Source: Planctomycetia bacterium (GTDB lineage Bacteria > Planctomycetota > Phycisphaerae > UBA1845 > Fen-1342). From it: DNA of 64,000 nucleotides. The position numbers were made by a program, and so were the translations under genes. Under the pieces are notes generated by a model. The model was not told where the DNA came from, did no database searches, and worked only from the letters and a program-made list of their open reading frames with translations. Shown here piece by piece: positions 62,052 to 64,000 of the stretch (positions are counted from its first letter, which is position 1; every line of letters starts with the position of its first letter). The stretch spans positions 1,732,616 through 1,796,615 of the forward strand of contig CP054190.1 of NCBI GenBank assembly GCA_015709575.1, in the 5' to 3' direction.

Positions 62052-62528
62052 CTAGGCGTTGGGCTGAGAGATTGACATCAGGCGGGTGCGCGCGTCGCCG
62101 ACGCTCTCCACGCGCAGCCCAAAGTTCTCGCCGACGCGAACCGCCGTGCCTGTTCCGACGACGTGGTTGTTGATCATCAGGTCGAGCGGCTCCTCGACCG
62201 GCTTATCCAGTCGCACGATCGAGCCGGTGGCCATCCGGCGAACGTCCGCCAGCGCCATGCGCGTTTGCGCGAGCCGCGCGATGACCGGCACGCGGATCTG
62301 AAGCAGACGATTCACGCGAGCGGATTCCGGCGACCCTGCCGCTGGCGGGCGTGCGGACGCGTCCGAGCCGCGCGTCGCTGCTTGAGCAGTGCGAGTTCCC
62401 GGCGGGGCGGCTGTTTCGACTGCGGCCAATCGTGTGGCTCCTGCGGCTGCACCGGCGCGGCGGGCGAGCCTTGTGTTCGGTCGTATCATCGGCTGTTCGC
62501 AGCGACCGGGTGTGCGGTCGGGGCGCAT
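62052..62528 (-). CDS. fliN: Flagellar motor switch protein FliN-like (SpoA domain)
   Basis: IRVPVIARLAQTRMALADVRRMATGSIVRLDKPVEEPLDLMINNHVVGTGTAVRVGENFGLRVESV is the FliN/SpoA signature. The N-terminal start is uncertain. Confidence 0.75.
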   Translation of the reverse strand: MRPDRTPGRCEQPMIRPNTRLARRAGAAAGATRLAAVETAAPPGTRTAQAATRGSDASARPPAAGSPESARVNRLLQIRVPVIARLAQTRMALADVRRMATGSIVRLDKPVEEPLDLMINNHVVGTGTAVRVGENFGLRVESVGDARTRLMSISQPNA

Positions 62529-62606
62529 CGTGCGCGAGGACGGCGCGGCGCATCCGTTCCGAGGCTGAATCCTCCTGATGATTGGACGTTGCTTCGGATG
62601 GCGGAG

Positions 62607-64000
62607 CTAGGCGAGGTCGACGTGCCAGCGGCGATGCCAGCGCTCGAGCATGAGCAATGCCCACAGGCGATGCGCGTGGTTTGCGCGGCCGTCGCGATGC
62701 TGTGACAGCAGGCGCTGCAGCGCTGCGCGGCGCAGAATGCGCCCGCTCAGCGCATCCTCCGCCAGCAGCTCGCGTTCCAGCGTTTCGCGCAGTTCGCCGC
62801 GGAACCACTCACCGACCGGCACGCCGAAGCCCGACTTTGGCCGGTCGAGTATCTCGCGCGGCAACAGCCGTCGTGCCCAGTCGCGCAGGATGTGCTTGCC
62901 GCGCCGGCCGCGCAGCTTCCACTCCTCCGGAAGCGTCAGCGCGAATTCGACCAGCTCGTGGTCCAGCAGCGGGGCGCGGCATTCCAGCGAGCAGGCCATC
63001 GACGCAATGTCCACTTTCGTCAGCAGGTCGCCGGGCAGGTAGGTCTGATAGTCGGCGCGCATCGCGGCGGTCGCCGTGCAAACACCCTCGATCCCCGAGG
63101 CGGCATCCAGCCAGCGGCGCACGCAGTCGTCGACCGCGCCATCGGCTCGCAGTCGATCGGACCACTCGGGGCGATAATCGTTCCAGAGCGCACCTTCCGA
63201 AAAGACGCTCACCCATTCCGCGTAGCGGTCGCGCGGCGCCGCGCTCATCGCGGTCAGGAACCGATAGGCGCGGTTGCTCAGGGATTTCGGCCGGCCGTGA
63301 GGCAGCAGGGCGGCAACGCCCGCCGCGGCCGTGCGCAACAGCGCGGCCCGATCCAGCCGCGCCGCCCAGCGCACCGCGCGGTAGCGGTCGTAGCCGCCGA
63401 AGGCCTCATCCCCGCCGTCGCCGCTGAGCGCGACGGTGACAGACCGGCGCGTGATGTCGGCGACATGCCAGGTGGGAAGGGCGGAGGAGTCGGCAAACGG
63501 CTCATCGTAATGATACGCGAGGTGGTCGAGCAGCTCCGCGGCGCGCGGCGTCACTACCTGTTCGGTGTGCTCGGTTCGAAAGCGGCTCGCCACGAGCCGC
63601 GCCGCGGCCGTTTCGTCATAGCGCGGGTCGCTGAATCCGATCGAAAACGTGCGCAGTGGGGAAACGCCCAGGCGGTGCATCAGGCTGACCACGATCGAGG
63701 AATCCACGCCGCCCGACAAAAACGCGCCCAATGGGACATCCGAGATCAATCGGCGCTCGACGGCGCGCGTCAGCAGCAGATCAAGTCGTTCCAGCGCATC
63801 GGCGTAGCTGCCGCCGAAGCGCCGGTCCGGCGGCGGCAGTTGCCAGTAGCGGCGTTGCCCGCCGGTCCGGGGATCTGGCACAAGTGGTGCTGCGGCGGCG
63901 TCCGCGGGGCAGTCGGCCCGGATGATGCGCATCGCACCGGGCAGCAGCTTCTCAAACCCCCTGAAAATGCTTCGGGGCGCTGGAACGTACTGCAGAACGA
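62607..64000 (-). CDS. asnB: Asparagine synthase (glutamine-hydrolysing), 5' end beyond the window
   Basis: SDVPLGAFLSGGVDSSIVV (PP-loop) and the C-terminal synthetase region. My translation upstream of the track start continues without a stop to the window edge as ...VLQYVPAPRSIFRGFEKLLPGAMRII, the conserved AsnB linker. Confidence 0.88.
   Translation of the reverse strand, partial: VLQYVPAPRSIFRGFEKLLPGAMRIIRADCPADAAAAPLVPDPRTGGQRRYWQLPPPDRRFGGSYADALERLDLLLTRAVERRLISDVPLGAFLSGGVDSSIVVSLMHRLGVSPLRTFSIGFSDPRYDETAAARLVASRFRTEHTEQVVTPRAAELLDHLAYHYDEPFADSSALPTWHVADITRRSVTVALSGDGGDEAFGGYDRYRAVRWAARLDRAALLRTAAAGVAALLPHGRPKSLSNRAYRFLTAMSAAPRDRYAEWVSVFSEGALWNDYRPEWSDRLRADGAVDDCVRRWLDAASGIEGVCTATAAMRADYQTYLPGDLLTKVDIASMACSLECRAPLLDHELVEFALTLPEEWKLRGRRGKHILRDWARRLLPREILDRPKSGFGVPVGEWFRGELRETLERELLAEDALSGRILRRAALQRLLSQHRDGRANHAHRLWALLMLERWHRRWHVDLA

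Overview
This is a GC-rich bacterial chromosomal segment with strong G/C preference at codon third positions. I support about 58 protein-coding genes.

I recognised no rRNA, tRNA, CRISPR array, transposase, integrase or prophage gene. The gene content suggests Planctomycetota, possibly Phycisphaerae-like: many Hanks-type kinases and ECF sigma factors, dockerin-like C-terminal tails, giant Cys-rich secreted proteins, and scattered fliA/fliN. That assignment is inference only.

Notes on the ORF track:
- It reports longest ATG/GTG/TTG ORFs, so many 5' ends are over-extended.
- It omits ORFs that run off the window. Examples are a GT39 glycosyltransferase at 1..1681(-) and the 5' part of asnB at the right edge.
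- It omits ORFs under 60 aa.
- Most long Arg/Pro/His-rich ORFs are out-of-frame or antisense shadows of real genes.

Recognisable housekeeping genes: prfB (with its canonical +1 frameshift site), ndk, recR, ybaB, folE, truB, clpS, murJ, a PMM/PGM, phhB, fliA, fliN and asnB.

Accessory content worth a second look:
1. An ECF sigma / soluble anti-sigma-like / TPR-CHAT protease / secreted S8-FG-GAP protease operon at 14.3-20.9 kb. It is tightly translationally coupled. It resembles the sigma-release logic of type III-E CRISPR Craspase, but no cas genes lie in the window.
2. A loose glycosylation neighbourhood at 0-14 kb. It holds two GT39 genes, a GT2, an HGSNAT-like acyltransferase and a GT-C-like/NPCBM fusion, around two paralogous lipoproteins built of strictly alternating Asn-x repeats.
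3. Three secreted enzymes sharing a C-terminal twin 'NxFDIDPF' dockerin-like module: the S8 protease, a 1309-aa lamin-tail-domain protein with six copies of a six-Cys module, and an EEP nuclease/phosphatase.
4. A Ser/Thr signalling island at 40.3-47 kb. It holds a kinase carrying an anti-sigma HxxxCxxC motif plus CHASE2, two tiny coupled ORFs, an FHA protein and a second kinase.
5. An arsR-arsC-arsM operon next to a Rieske-flavoreductase fusion.

All functional calls rest on motif recognition by eye. No database search was run.
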